Assembly (NCBI GenBank): GCA_963833225.1
Contig: CAWHXD010000008.1
Span: forward strand, 256,001-320,000
DNA length: 64,000 bases
DNA from: an uncultured Chloroflexia bacterium
GTDB taxonomy: Bacteria; Chloroflexota; Limnocylindria; Limnocylindrales; CSP1-4
Direction of reading: 5' to 3'
The notes under the pieces were generated by a model. The model saw nothing but the letters and a program-made list of their open reading frames with translations. It did not search any database and had not been told where the DNA came from. Numbering within the stretch: position 1 is the first letter of the stretch; each line of letters starts with the position of its first letter. Positions 28,455 through 47,375 of this stretch are shown in pieces. A program made the position numbers and the translations under genes.

Positions 28455-28894
28455 GAGGTGGGGGCACCGCCCGCTGGCGCGTCTCCTGCGGCCGCCGGCG
28501 GCCGCACCAGGACGAGCCCCAGGCGCTTGCGCTCCGAGCCATTCACGAGGATCCGGAACGAGTAGTCGCCCGGCGCCGGAAACGTGAGGTTCCAGAGGTC
28601 GATGCTGAACGTGAGGATCGCATCGCGGGCGTCAGGGTTCGCGTGGGCGACCAGGCTGCCGGTCGCCCCGGTGACCTCGGCACCGTCGGGATCGAGGAGG
28701 ACGATCCGGAGCTCGTGCTCGTGCTCCGTCTCCGGCGCTGTGACGACGAGCCCCACGACCAGTGCCAGGTGCGGATGGCGAAGCGGAAAGGTCCGTCCAC
28801 CGATCCGGGTGATCCCGCCGCCGAGCACGTGGAACTTCTGGCCAGGCTGCGTCTCGGCCGCGTCGGCGAGGAAGGCGAAGTCGATCTCGGGCAT
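28451..28894 (-). CDS. Conserved hypothetical protein (DUF6941-like)
   Basis: FAFLADAA..GQKFHVLGGG...LTFPAPGDYSFRILVNG. Confidence 0.75.
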   Translation of the reverse strand: MPEIDFAFLADAAETQPGQKFHVLGGGITRIGGRTFPLRHPHLALVVGLVVTAPETEHEHELRIVLLDPDGAEVTGATGSLVAHANPDARDAILTFSIDLWNLTFPAPGDYSFRILVNGSERKRLGLVLVRPPAAAGDAPAGGAPTS

Positions 28895-28956
28895 GAGGGG
28901 ATGGTAGCCCCCCGCGTGACCCGCGTCAGGCGCGGCTGGCCCCAACGTGACCTGCG

Positions 28957-32049
<3,093 letters not shown>

Positions 32050-32079
32050 GGGTCCAGTGTACCGGGTTCGGCTCAAATC

Positions 32080-32091
32080 GAACAGCCGTTC
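32080..32091. promoter_or_regulatory. LexA (SOS) box upstream of uvrA
   Basis: GAAC-AGCC-GTTC, 31 nt upstream of the GTG start. -10 TACACT at 32056-32061 on the minus strand. Confidence 0.8.
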
Positions 32092-32110
32092 ACACGTGCC
32101 GGGCGCGCGC

Positions 32111-32689
32111 TCAGGATGCGGACGGAAGCGCGACCGAGTCCTGGCAGATCTTCCATGCACCGTCCTCGCGGAGGAGGCGCACCGACTGCTCGATGGGCAC
32201 ATCCTGCCCGTATGCCTCGAGCGTCTTGAGCAGGGCGTCCAACTGGTCGTCGGTCATCGTCGTGCCCTGCTGGTCGAGCACCTGCCGCAGGATGGGCTTC
32301 ATCGCCACGGCGTCAAAGGTGACCTTGAGCGTGCCGGTGACAGGCACCTGGGCCACGTCGCCATCGATCGCCGGCTCGCCCGCCGTCAGGCCAGAGACGT
32401 CGAGCCGGAGGGCGTCGATGAGCGCCTGGGTATCGAGACCGGGCAGCAGCTCCGCCCCGACCGCACCCGGCAGCCCGAGCTGGTCCCGGATCATGTCCTC
32501 CTGGCCCGGGCAGGCCAGGGTCCGCAGCCCGTCGAGGTCCTTGGCCGCGGTCATCGCGAGGGCCTGGTCGACGACGGCACCGGGGCCGTCCGCGGCGCCT
32601 CCCGGCCCACAGGCGCCGGCGACGAGCACGAGGGCGAGCATGCCCAGGGCAACGACGCCGCGGCGAGCGGAACGGACGGGTGTGCGCAT
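32111..32689 (-). CDS. Hypothetical lipoprotein
   Basis: Lipobox VAGA-C. The C-terminal REDGAWKIC is typical of DUF4878/NTF2-like lipoproteins. Confidence 0.72.
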   Translation of the reverse strand: MRTPVRSARRGVVALGMLALVLVAGACGPGGAADGPGAVVDQALAMTAAKDLDGLRTLACPGQEDMIRDQLGLPGAVGAELLPGLDTQALIDALRLDVSGLTAGEPAIDGDVAQVPVTGTLKVTFDAVAMKPILRQVLDQQGTTMTDDQLDALLKTLEAYGQDVPIEQSVRLLREDGAWKICQDSVALPSAS

Positions 32690-32715
32690 GGACGAAGGCT
32701 ACCTCGGGCCGGCGG

Positions 32716-33906
32716 TCAGCGGCGCCGCCGGGGCCGGAACATGGCGTGGGGATCCGGCAGGAACCCCAGCTTCCGATACCAGGCGTCCAGCCCGGGCGCC
32801 ACGGCGAGCGAGAACCGCACGAGATCGTGACCGTCCGTGAGGCGGTGCATCATCCGCTCCCCCACCCCGAGCCCCTGGTAGTCCGGGTGCACCACGACCG
32901 TCGCGATCAGCGCGTTCTGGCCGCCGTCGGTGATCGAGCGGGCCGTCCCGACCAGGCGTTCGCCGTCCCACGCGGTCGCGAACTCGGGCGTGCCTGCGAT
33001 CGCCCGTTCCAGCGACGCCGGCTCCGACGCCCGCAGGTCCCAGCCCACCGATCGCAGGAGGGCCACCACCCGGCCCGTCTCCGGCACGCGGTCCATCACG
33101 ACATCCACGCGATCCGCCGTGCCGTCGACCCGCACCAGGCGCCGTTCCAGCTCCCAGCGGTGGTCGAAGCCGTGCGCCTGCATCCGGCGCAGGACCTTCG
33201 CGAGCGTCCAGGTCTCGCCGTGGCGGTCCGTGGCCTCGGCGCCGTCGTCGGACCGTCCCAGGGCCCGCAACCGCTCCATGGCCCACGCCCGTGAGCCGGC
33301 GAGGACGTCACGCACCGGGACGCCGTCCAGCAGCCCGTCGTAGCGGCCACCACCGGGCAGGCGGCCGACAAGCCAGGCCTCGGAGCCGGCCACGTGGCGG
33401 AGCACCGCCTCGGACGAGCGCTCGCCCCGGGTGGCCTCGGCCGGGAGCGGACCGTGCACCGCCTCGAACGCCTCCACCCGGTCGGCGGTCGCGAGCAGGT
33501 CCTCGCGGTTCCACTGCAGGCGGCGGATCGCGGTGGCGACGTCCTCCTGGGTCATCCGCCGAAGGTCGGCTGGCAGGGTGGCGTTGACCTCGTAGCCATC
33601 CGCCTCGTGCGCGGCGGCCAGCTCACCCACCGCGTCCGGGCGCCAGATGCGCGGGATCCCGGCCTCGTCGCCGTGCGCCTCGAGCCACTCCCGGACGCGC
33701 CCGGTCGTGGTCAGCGCGCCGCTGAGCGCCCGCTCCCGGGTCCGGGCGACCGCGAGCACCCCGGGCACGTCGGGCACCCAGCCGGCGATCCGTCCCCCGT
33801 CGTAGTCCGTCTCGAGCCACACGGCGAGCGGCGCGAAGCCGTCGAGGGGCGGGGGCGGCCCATCTCGCACGTCCTCGGTCACATCGGGACCCAGGTCTCG
33901 CGGCAC
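32716..33906 (-). CDS. HicB-like / DinB-like / GNAT acetyltransferase fusion protein
   Basis: GWVPDVPGVLAVARTRERAL; LRHVAGSEAW...WTLAKVLRRMQAHGFDH; VVVHPDYQGLGVG. Confidence 0.75.
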   Translation of the reverse strand: MPRDLGPDVTEDVRDGPPPPLDGFAPLAVWLETDYDGGRIAGWVPDVPGVLAVARTRERALSGALTTTGRVREWLEAHGDEAGIPRIWRPDAVGELAAAHEADGYEVNATLPADLRRMTQEDVATAIRRLQWNREDLLATADRVEAFEAVHGPLPAEATRGERSSEAVLRHVAGSEAWLVGRLPGGGRYDGLLDGVPVRDVLAGSRAWAMERLRALGRSDDGAEATDRHGETWTLAKVLRRMQAHGFDHRWELERRLVRVDGTADRVDVVMDRVPETGRVVALLRSVGWDLRASEPASLERAIAGTPEFATAWDGERLVGTARSITDGGQNALIATVVVHPDYQGLGVGERMMHRLTDGHDLVRFSLAVAPGLDAWYRKLGFLPDPHAMFRPRRRR

Positions 33907-33921
33907 GGCAGGACGACCCGC

Positions 33922-36273
<2,352 letters not shown>

Positions 36274-36304
36274 GCCTCGATCCTACCACGGGAAGCCGGA
36301 TATC

Positions 36305-36316
36305 GAACGTCCGTTC
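36305..36316. promoter_or_regulatory. LexA (SOS) box upstream of uvrB
   Basis: GAAC-GTCC-GTTC, 32 nt upstream of the start. Confidence 0.8.
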
Positions 36317-36534
36317 TAGGTCCGCGAACGCCACACGTCAGGGGTCGCTGGTACCAACGGGGAGTCGCCCCGGCTGGTGCGCAGCAGGCACCGTTGAAGC
36401 GGCACGCCGGCGCGTGTCACTCACGACCCTGCCGCCGGTCAGGCGGCACGGTCGGCGTCCCGAGACACCCAGGCCGGAGGGGATGCGGCACCACCACCGC
36501 CGGCATCCGCCGGTCCTGCCCGGGAGGTCAGTCG

Positions 36535-37527
36535 ATGGAGCTGGAGTACAGGGACCCGTCCAGGAAGGGTCGCTGGATCGTCCTCCTGGGCGTCGTGCTC
36601 GCGCTCGTTGCGGTGCGTCCGCGTTCTTCCTCATCAACAACGCCCAGCAACAGGCCGGCACCAGCGGCCTCAAGACGGTCGCGGGCTACGTCGCCGCCGA
36701 GCCGATCCTCGCCCGCAAGCCGATCGAGGCCGCGGACCTGCTGCTCCGTTAGGACATTCCCCTCGACGCGACCAACGCGGCCCTGATCACCGACGCCAGG
36801 CCAGCTGGTCGGCCACCTGCTCGCGGTCGATGTCGCCCAAGGCCAGCTCATCACCGCCAACCTGCTCGCATCGGGAACCGTGGGCCTGGGCTTCGCGATC
36901 CTGCGAGCCGGACGAGACCGTCGCCCCGGACTCCGAGGCGTGGCGCGCCGTCTCGATCACCGTGTCCGATGATCGCGCCGTCGGCGGTGTGCTCGGCGCG
37001 GGCATGGCGGTGGACGTGTTCGTCACTGCCCCGTGGCCGTGCCGGAGGCCTCCGCGGCACCATCGGGCACGCGCGGCGCGCCGGCGCCGGTAGACGCACG
37101 CCAAGGGGTACTATCGGACCCTCGACGAAGATCACGTACCAGGACATGACGATCCTGGCTCGCGTCCGGCACGTACTACATCCTCAAGGTGCCGCTCGTG
37201 GTCGCCGAGGAGATCAGCCACTGCAGGCCGACGGGGCCGAGCAGTTCAGCCTGGCCCTGCGCCCCGACGCAGGACCTGCGCGTCCTCGACGTCTCCGCCC
37301 TGGGCGCGACGACCAACCGCATCATCCAGCGATATGGCCTGCCGATCCCGCAGCCGTCGGCCCTCCGTCGATCGGGCGCGGCGCCGCTCGGACCCGCCCA
37401 TCCCGGCGCCACGCCGCCGCCGAGCCTGTCCCCCGCCCATGGCGTGCGCTCGATCCGTCGGTCCGCCCGCATCGCCCGGGCGACTGACCCGATCGCGCGG
37501 TGGCCCGCTCGACGGGCCGAGCGGTGA
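36535..37527 (+). CDS. CpaB/RcpC (SAF-domain) Flp pilus assembly-like protein, multiple frameshifts; 3' end approximate
   Basis: N-terminal TM, VAAEPILARKPIEAADL, RAVSITVSDDRAVGGVL.AGMAVDV and FSLALRP, spread across several frames. Confidence 0.72.
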
Positions 37528-37587
37528 CCCGAACGCGACGCGGCTTGCCCGGCCGCGCGCCTCCGTTGCCCGGCCGGTCGCCCAGCC

Positions 37588-38221
37588 TCAGGCGTTGCGC
37601 GGCGGTCGCGCTCGCCGCGATGGCCTCGCCGCGGCCCGCGGCCCGCGTCTCGTCCGCTCCGCCCGATGTGTCCAGCACGCGCGTCGCGAGGGGGCGGAGG
37701 CGGTCCACCAGTCCTGCCTGGGCGGCCATCCGCTGGTCCGCGTCGGCGGTGGCGTGCCCCGCGCCCGTGAGCCGGGCACGCTGCGCCTCCGGATCACAGG
37801 CGACCAGCCAGACCTCGTCGCACACCGCCGCCAGGCCGCCCTCCACGAGCTTGATCGCCTCGACCACGACGGCCGGCGCACCGCTGCCACCTCGGCGTCG
37901 CATCGCGGCGAGGATCCACGGCCGGACCGCCGGGTGGACGAGTCGCTCCAGGTCCGCAGCGCCGCCGGATCCGCGAACACCAGCCGTGCCGAGGGCCGCG
38001 CGGTCCAGGGTGCCGTCAGGTGGCGCGATCACCGGCGCGCCGAAGCGGGCCAGGATCGCGTCGTGGACCGGCTCGCCGGGAGCGGTCACGGCGCGCGCAA
38101 CCTCGTCCGCATCCACGACCACGGCTCCCGCCTCGGCGAGCCATCGCGCCACCGTCGACTTCCCGCAGCCGATCGGCCCCGTGATCCCGATGCGGACCGT
38201 CCGGGCGGGGCGGGGCGGCCG

Positions 38222-38225
<4 letters not shown>
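37588..38225 (-). CDS. coaE: Dephospho-CoA kinase (frameshifts)
   Basis: IGITGPIGCGKSTV, DADEVAR, LERLVHP, EAIKLVE. Confidence 0.9.
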
Positions 38226-40298
<2,073 letters not shown>

Positions 40299-40302
<4 letters not shown>

Positions 40303-41351
40303 GGGGCGGCCCCCGCCCGCGCGGCCGCTCGCCGGGCCGCGGCCGCGGCCTTCGTCCGCGCGGCACGCTCCCGCGCCCGGGACGCCTCGTCGGCCGTCCG
40401 TCCCAGGGACCCGTCTCCCTCGAGGTCCACCCAGCGTCGGCCCCGGCGCCCGCTCGCGTCCCGGCCGGGACGCGGGGTCATGGTCGCCAGCAGCACCCGC
40501 GCTGCCGGCCGCTGGGCGGCCGGCAGCCGCTGGCAGAACGAGCAGAAGTGCGTCGCCCGGATCCCGATCACGATGCGCCGGATCGGCCGTCCACATCGCG
40601 GGCACGGCTCGCCCGTCCGCTGGTACACGTCGAGCTGCTCCTGCATCGCCCCGTCGCCGTCGGGCGCGGTGTAGTCGTCGATGGAGCTGCCACGCCGGTC
40701 CACCGCCTCGGCAAGGATCTCGCGGACGTGCCGGTACAGGACCCGCTGATCACGGGGTCGGAGCGAGGCGGCGGAGCGGAGCGGGTGGAGCCGGGCGCGC
40801 CACAGTGCCTCGTCGGCGTAGATGTTGCCCACGCCGGCCACGAACGACTGGTCAACGAGCAGCGGCTTGAGGCGGGCGCGACGGCCATCGAGCCGGGCGC
40901 GCCACGCACGGAGGGTGAACCGCGGGTCGAGCGGCTCCGGGCCCAGGCCGTCGAATGGGTCGTCGTCCGCCGCATACAGGCCGATCCGCCCGAACTTGCG
41001 CACGTCCCGGAAGCGGATCTCCCGCCCGTCGCCGAGCAGGAGCGCTGCCCGCTCGTACGGGTCGAGGGGGATGGACGCCGGCACCACGAACAGCTGGCCG
41101 GTCATCTTGAGGTGGATGGCAAGGAAGCTGCCGCCATCGAGGTCGAGCAGGACTTGCTTGCCGCGCCGGCCGACCGCCTCGATCCGCCGGCCGGTCACCG
41201 CGTGCGCGAACGACGCCGGATCGCCGTCACGCAGGGTCCTGGCCCAGGCGATGCGCGCGCCGGTGATCTCCGGGCCGGATCCCGCCCCCTCGGGCAGCAG
41301 TCGGCGCCGGAGATCGCGGGCGACGGTCTCGACCTCGGGCAGCTCAGGCAT
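40299..41351 (-). CDS. mutM: Formamidopyrimidine-DNA glycosylase
   Basis: MPELPEVETV, RRGK, HLKMTG, GVGNIYADE, C4 zinc finger. Confidence 0.96.
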
Positions 41352-41453
41352 CGTCCAGACGATAGGGCACGCGCGCCGGAAGCGCGCCATCGGGGCAGGG
41401 AGTCCCTTGCCGGCTTCGCGCGGCGTCCGTCCTTCAGGCACCATGACAGGCCC

Positions 41454-42692
41454 ATGCCTGCCAGCCCGTCGCCCGTCATCACACCCACCCGCGCCCGCGC
41501 CGCGCGGATCGGCGTGAGCGCCATGTTCTTCGTGAACGGCGCCGTCGCCGCGTCGATCATCCCGCGGCTCCCCGCCATCAAGGACGGCCTGGCCCTGTCC
41601 AACGGCGAGCTGGGGGCCGCGGTGGCCGCGATGCCGCTCGGCGGCCTGCTCGCGGGCGGCCTGGTGGGGGTCCTCGTCGGCCGCTTTGGCAGCGGGCGCG
41701 TCGCGATGGTGGCCGGGACAGCGGCGGCGCTGACGTTGGTCGGCGTGGGTCTTGCGGGATCCTGGATGACCCTCGCCGCGGCTTACCTCGTCCTGGGCAT
41801 GTTCGATGCCACGATGGACGCGTCGATGAACGCCCACGGCCTTGGGCTCCAGCGGCAGTACGGGCGGTCCATTCTCCAGGGGTTCCACGGGATCTGGAGC
41901 CTGGGCAGCATGGCGGCGGGAGCGGCCGGCGCCATCGCGGCCGGTGTCGGGGTGCCGGTGTCGATCCATCTCACCGCAGCCGCCCTCGCCCTCGCCGCCA
42001 CCGCGATCCTGGCAGGCCGGCAGTTCCTCCCCACATCCGTCGCGGATGCCCATGTCGACGACGGGGCCGCGGCCGAGCACATCCACCCGCGCAATGCCCC
42101 GCGGCTGGTGCGGGTGCTGCTGCCGGTCGCCATGCTCGGGATCCTGTGCGTGATGCTCCAGAGCTCCGCTGCCACATGGAGCTCGGTATACCTCTCCGAC
42201 GTCCTCGGCCAGCCGGCCGGGATCGCAGCCACGGGGTTCGTGCTGTACATGGGCGCGATGGTGGTCGGCCGCATGACCAACGACCGCTGGGTCGATCGCT
42301 GGGGCTCGACCGTGGTCGTCCGGGCGGGCGCGCTGGTGGGTGCGGTGGCGGTGGTCATGGTGATCGTGGCAGCGCCGCTCGACATCGCGCCCCTCGCCCT
42401 GGCCGGCTTCGCGCTGGTGGGCCTCGGGTCCTCGTCGATGTTCCCGGTGATGGTCCTGGCCGCCGGATCCCGACCTGGGATCCCCGCCCGCCACGGCGTG
42501 GCGCTGGTGTCCTGGATGGTCAGGATCGGCCTGGTCATCGCCCCGGCCCTGATCGGAGCGGCCGCGGACGCCTACGGGCTCGCGGCGGCGCTGGGGTTCT
42601 CGCTCGCCGCGACGCTGATCGTGGCGCTGGTTGCGCCAGCCCTCACCGGCGGCCGGCTCCGGCGGCGCGCCTCCGATCCCATCGCCGCCTGA
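41454..42692 (+). CDS. MFS transporter
   Basis: About 12 TM helices, DASMNAHG..QRQYGRSILQGFHG motif. Confidence 0.9.
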   Translation: MPASPSPVITPTRARAARIGVSAMFFVNGAVAASIIPRLPAIKDGLALSNGELGAAVAAMPLGGLLAGGLVGVLVGRFGSGRVAMVAGTAAALTLVGVGLAGSWMTLAAAYLVLGMFDATMDASMNAHGLGLQRQYGRSILQGFHGIWSLGSMAAGAAGAIAAGVGVPVSIHLTAAALALAATAILAGRQFLPTSVADAHVDDGAAAEHIHPRNAPRLVRVLLPVAMLGILCVMLQSSAATWSSVYLSDVLGQPAGIAATGFVLYMGAMVVGRMTNDRWVDRWGSTVVVRAGALVGAVAVVMVIVAAPLDIAPLALAGFALVGLGSSSMFPVMVLAAGSRPGIPARHGVALVSWMVRIGLVIAPALIGAAADAYGLAAALGFSLAATLIVALVAPALTGGRLRRRASDPIAA

Positions 42693-42710
42693 CGCGGGTC
42701 CTAGCCTCCG

Positions 42711-45691
42711 CTACCCCTCGATGATCGCCGGCGCCTCGTCCGCCTCGGCGAGGACCGCATCCGGGCGCGACAGCGGCGTCATCCCCTCCCACGAGTCGCC
42801 CACCTTCACGTCGACCGTGAGCGGCACCGACAGCGGCAGCGCGCCCTCCATCGCCTCGCGCAGGACCGGCACCAGCCGGTCGACCTCGTCGCGCGGCGTC
42901 TCGAGCAGCAGCTCGTCGTGGACCGAGAGCAGGAGCCGCGACCGGAAACCGCCCTCGCGCAGCGCGTGGTCCGCGCCGGATCATCGCGATCTTGACGATG
43001 TCGGCGGCCGTGCCCTGGATCGGCATGTTGATGGCCATCCGCTCGCCCGCCGCCTTGAGGGCCCGGTTCGCCGACTGGAGCTCGGGGATCTGGCGCTTGC
43101 GACCGAGGAGCGTGGCCACGTGTCCCCGTTCGGCCGCGGTCTCGCGGATATGGAGCATGTAGCGGCTGATCCCGCTGTACGCCGCGAAGTAGCTGGTGAT
43201 GAACTCCTGGGCATCCTGGCGGCTGATCCCCGCCCGGCTCGAGAGCCCGAAGTCGCTCATGCCGTAGGCCAGCCCGAAGTTGACCATCTTGGCCATCGAT
43301 CGCTCGTCCGGGGTGATGTCCTCGGGCGCCTTGCGGAGCACGCGGGCCGCGGTCTCGCGGTGGATGTCGGCGCCGCGCGCGAACGCGTCGCGCAGGTGCT
43401 CGTCGCCCGACACGTGGGCGAGGATCCGCAGCTCGATCTGGCTGTAGTCCGCGGCAACCAGCGTGGTGTCCGGCGTCCCGGCCACGAACGCGTGCCGGAT
43501 CCGGCGGCCGAGCGGCGTCCGGATCGGGATGTTCTGGAGGTTCGGGTCGGACGAGGAGAGGCGCCCTGTCGCGGCCACGGCCTGGTGGAACAGGGTGTGG
43601 AGCCGCCCGTCGGGCCCCAGCAGGATCGGCAGCGCCTCGACGTACGTCGAGCGGAGCTTGGTGTAGGTGCGCCAGTCCAGCGACGAGCTCGACGACGGGG
43701 TGGACGCCGCGGAGCTCCTCGAGGACGGTCGCGTCCGTCGAGTAGCCGGTCTTCGTCTTGCGGCCCTTGGGCAGGCCCAGCTCCACGAACAGGAGCTCAC
43801 CCAGCTGCTTGGGGCTGCCGATGGTGAACTGGTGACCGACGACCGCGAAGATCTCGCTCTCCAGGCGATCGATCTCGGTCGCGAACTCGCGCTCCAGCGT
43901 GGACAGGGCGCCCTGGTCGAGGGCGATGCCCACGGCCTCCATGCGGGCGAGGATCGGGATCAGCGGCAGCTCGATCTCGGCGAACAGCCGCTCGGCGCCT
44001 TCGTCGCGGAGCGACTGCTCAAGCGAGGGGCGCACGGCCAGGACCGACAGCGCCTCCAGGCCCGCGGTGGCCGTGGCCGGCAGCCCCGCGGCCGCCGGTG
44101 GCAGCACGAGGTCAAGACGCTCTGCCACGACATCGGCGATCTTCTGGGCCCGAAGCGCCGCATTCACGAGGTAGGCGGCGATCTGCGTGTCGAACGCGAC
44201 CGGCGTCGAGATCGTGTCCGGCTCGTCGGCGAAGCGGGCGGTGAGCAGCGACTTGACCTCGTGGCCGACGAGCGGGGTGCCGAGGCGCTCCAACAGCTTC
44301 CGGAGCGCGAGTGCCGCCGCCGGACCATCGGCCGCCACGACCCGTCCGTCGGGGCCGGCGACGGCGAGTGCGATCGGCGTCCCCGCAAGTGGGCGGGGGT
44401 CGTCGACGACGAGCGCGACGCCCATGGCGTCCAGGCCGGCCAGCCACGCCTCCAGGGTCGCTACGCGTGCCTCGTCCGCGAGCTCGATCCGTCCCGGATC
44501 CACGATGGCGGCGGAGAGGGCTCCAGGCAGGTCGCCGGCCGCTTGCGCAATCGCCTCGGCCCGGGCTTCAACCGCGGCCGATGTCACGGCGACCGGGTGC
44601 TGGGCCGGCTGGGGGGCCGCTGCGGTCCCGCCGCCTGAGACCATGTCGAAGTCCATCGAGAGCTGGAGCGAGCCGTCATCCGGTCGCGGCTTCACGGGGC
44701 CGCCGTACCGTCCGCCACCGGGTCCCGTGCCGGCGCCCGGCCCACGGCCCTGGGCCGCCGGGAACCCGGCCTCGCGGAGCTCGCGCATGGCGGCGACGGC
44801 ATCCTCGGGTCGCTCGCCGACGAGCGGCGGCAGGCGGTCGATCAACGTCCGGAACTCGTACTCCCGGAACAGCCGCACCACGGCCTCGCGGTCGTACTCC
44901 CCCACCCGACCCTGCTCGGGGTCGAGCTCGACATCCACGTCCCGGACCAGGCGCATCAGCTCGCGACTCTCCAGCACCTGCTCGCGGTGCTCCTGCAGGA
45001 GCGGGCGCAGCTTCTCGGGCATCACCTCGTCGAGGTGCTCGTACAGGGCGTCGAGGCTCCCCCAGGACGCGATCAGCTTCGACGCGGTCTTCTCCCCCAC
45101 TCCGGGGATGCCCGGAATGTTGTCGGTGGGGTCACCCTTGAGCGCCTTGTAGTCGAGCATCTGGTCGGGCCGCAGGCCCCAGCGGTCCTGGATCTTCGCG
45201 AGGTCGTAGCTGACCGTGTTCGCGATCCCGCCGCGCAGGCTGACCATGAGCGTCGTGTGCTCGCTGACCAGCTGGAGCATGTCCAGGTCGCCGGTGAGGA
45301 TGATGGTCTCGAGACCGGCCGCCTCGGCCTGGCCGACCAGCGTGGCGATCGCGTCGTCGGCCTCGAAGCCCTCCTGCTCGTACACCGGGATCCCGAGTGC
45401 CGCAACGACCTCGCGCACCTTCGGGATCTGCTCGCGCATGTCGTCCGGCATCCTGGTGCGGGTGCCCTTGTACTCGGCATATCGCTCGTGGCGGAAGGTG
45501 GGCTTGCCGAGGTCGAAGGCAACGGCGATCCGGTCCGGCCGCGTGTCGGCGATCGCGCGCAGGACGATGTTGGTGAAGCCGAAGACGGCGGTGACCAGCT
45601 CGCCCCGGCTCGTGGTCAACGGCTGGTCGATGAGCGCGAAATAGCCGCGGTAGATGAGCCCGTTGCCGTCGAGCAGCAGGAGGCGTTCCAT
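42711..45691 (-). CDS. polA: DNA polymerase I (frameshifts ~42970 and ~43680)
   Basis: LLDGNGL, EADD, GDPTDNIPG, TGRLSSSDPNLQNIP, DYSQIELR, KMVNFGLAYG, VHDEL. Confidence 0.95.
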
Positions 45692-45767
45692 CGGCTCCGG
45701 ACCTGCGGGTTGGGGCACCAGTGTAGCCGCGGGCCCCTCGGTCACGGTGCCGTCGCAGCCGGTCAGG

Positions 45768-46133
45768 TCAGCCGGCATCGCTCTCCAGACGCAGGCGCAG
45801 GGCCTCGGGGGTCGGGAGGAACCAGTGCTGCCGGCCGGCGTTCGACTCACGAACCAGGGCGGCGAACGCCCGCGACGATGCGGCCGGCTCGGGTGGCGTC
45901 CCGATCACCGCGAGGCGCATCCGGTAGACCGCCGAGACCTGCAGGATGTCCCCCGCGAGGCCGGTCCGCAGGTCGAAGAACGCCGGGGCAAGGCGTTCAA
46001 CGGGGATCGCCACCAGCGTTGCGCCGGCAGCGAACGCATCCCCGAGCAGGTCTCGCGCACCGGCGCCCGCGACCACCGGGCCCGAGTCCTCGACCACCAG
46101 CACCGTCGTCCCGCCCCACCGCTCGATCGTCAC
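45768..46133 (-). CDS. DUF4180 domain protein
   Basis: FFDLRTGLAGDILQ...YRMRLAVIG...VRESNAG. Confidence 0.8.
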   Translation of the reverse strand: MTIERWGGTTVLVVEDSGPVVAGAGARDLLGDAFAAGATLVAIPVERLAPAFFDLRTGLAGDILQVSAVYRMRLAVIGTPPEPAASSRAFAALVRESNAGRQHWFLPTPEALRLRLESDAG

Positions 46134-46271
46134 CTTCGGTCTCCTGTGGGCCCATCGAATCGCGACAGGCTGCGCACAGGTTCTGCACATCCGGTCGCCA
46201 CGATGAGCCTCATCAACGCACCACCTGCCCGGCGCACCCGGGACCGGCACCTGTCACGGAGATCATCATCC

Positions 46272-46625
46272 ATGCGCGCACTGTTCGGCCTCCTCCTCAC
46301 GAGCGCCGTCGCCCTCACCGCGGGCGTCATCGGCTACCAGGCCGGGGTGGCCTCCAACGTCGCCGCCGCCGGCGGGGTCGTCGTCCTCGGCGGGGGGTTC
46401 GGGGGCTTCGGGTTCCTGTTCTTCCTCATGTTCGTTGGCCTCGTGTTCTTCGCGGTCGGCGGCGTGCGCCGCCGGGCCCTGGGCACCGGCCGGTGGACCG
46501 GCCCCGGCCACTGGGCTCCCGGATCCGACACCCGCCGCGATTGGGTCGCGGACATGCACCGCCGCCTCCATGAGGCCGACGCGGCCACGGGTGCGACCGG
46601 CACGGACCAGCCCCCCGTCGCCTGA
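46272..46625 (+). CDS. Small membrane protein upstream of the two-component system
   Basis: Two hydrophobic segments, GFGFLFFL, C-terminal DMHRRLHE. Confidence 0.7.
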   Translation: MRALFGLLLTSAVALTAGVIGYQAGVASNVAAAGGVVVLGGGFGGFGFLFFLMFVGLVFFAVGGVRRRALGTGRWTGPGHWAPGSDTRRDWVADMHRRLHEADAATGATGTDQPPVA

Positions 46626-46688
46626 CGCCTCCTCACCCCCACGCCGGGCGGGTATCCTCGCCCGGCGTCCTTCCTGTTCCGGAGCTCC

Positions 46689-47375
46689 ATGCGCACGATC
46701 CTCGTCGTCGAGGACGAGCCCCAGATCGCGGGCCTCGTCCGCGACTATCTCGAGCACGCCGGCTTCGCCGTCCTGGTCGCGACCGACGGGCCGGGTGCCC
46801 TCGCGCTGGCACGGGCGCGCCGACCGGATGCCCTCGTCCTGGACCTTGGGCTGCCGCGAATGGATGGCCTCGACGTCATCCGCGCGATCCGGCGAGGCTC
46901 GCGCGTCCCGATCCTGGTCCTCTCGGCCAGGGGCGACGAGGCGGACCGGGTGGCCGGGCTTGAGCTCGGTGCGGACGACTACGTCACCAAGCCATTCAGC
47001 CCCCGCGAGCTGGTCGCCCGCGTTCGCGCCGTCCTCCGACGCGCCGAGGCAACCCCGCTCACGGACGAGCGGATCACGGCGGGGGACCTCGAGCTCGACC
47101 TGGTGCGCCGCCGGGTCACCGCGGCCGGTCGCGCCGTCGAGCTCACGCCGACCGAGTTCGAGCTCCTGGCGACGCTCGCGAGGGAACCGGGGCGCGTCTG
47201 GACGAGATCGCAGCTGCTCGACGCCGTCCACGGGTTCAGCCTCGAGACCTACGAGCGGGCCATCGACGGGCACATCCGCAACCTTCGTCGCAAGCTCGAG
47301 CCGGACGATGCCGCGCCCAGGTACGTGCGGACCGTCCATGGTGTCGGCTACGCGCTCGCGGATCCGGACGCGTGA
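46689..47375 (+). CDS. OmpR-family response regulator
   Basis: VVEDE, LDLGLP, GADDYVTKPF, winged helix TVHGVGY. Confidence 0.95.
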   Translation: MRTILVVEDEPQIAGLVRDYLEHAGFAVLVATDGPGALALARARRPDALVLDLGLPRMDGLDVIRAIRRGSRVPILVLSARGDEADRVAGLELGADDYVTKPFSPRELVARVRAVLRRAEATPLTDERITAGDLELDLVRRRVTAAGRAVELTPTEFELLATLAREPGRVWTRSQLLDAVHGFSLETYERAIDGHIRNLRRKLEPDDAAPRYVRTVHGVGYALADPDA

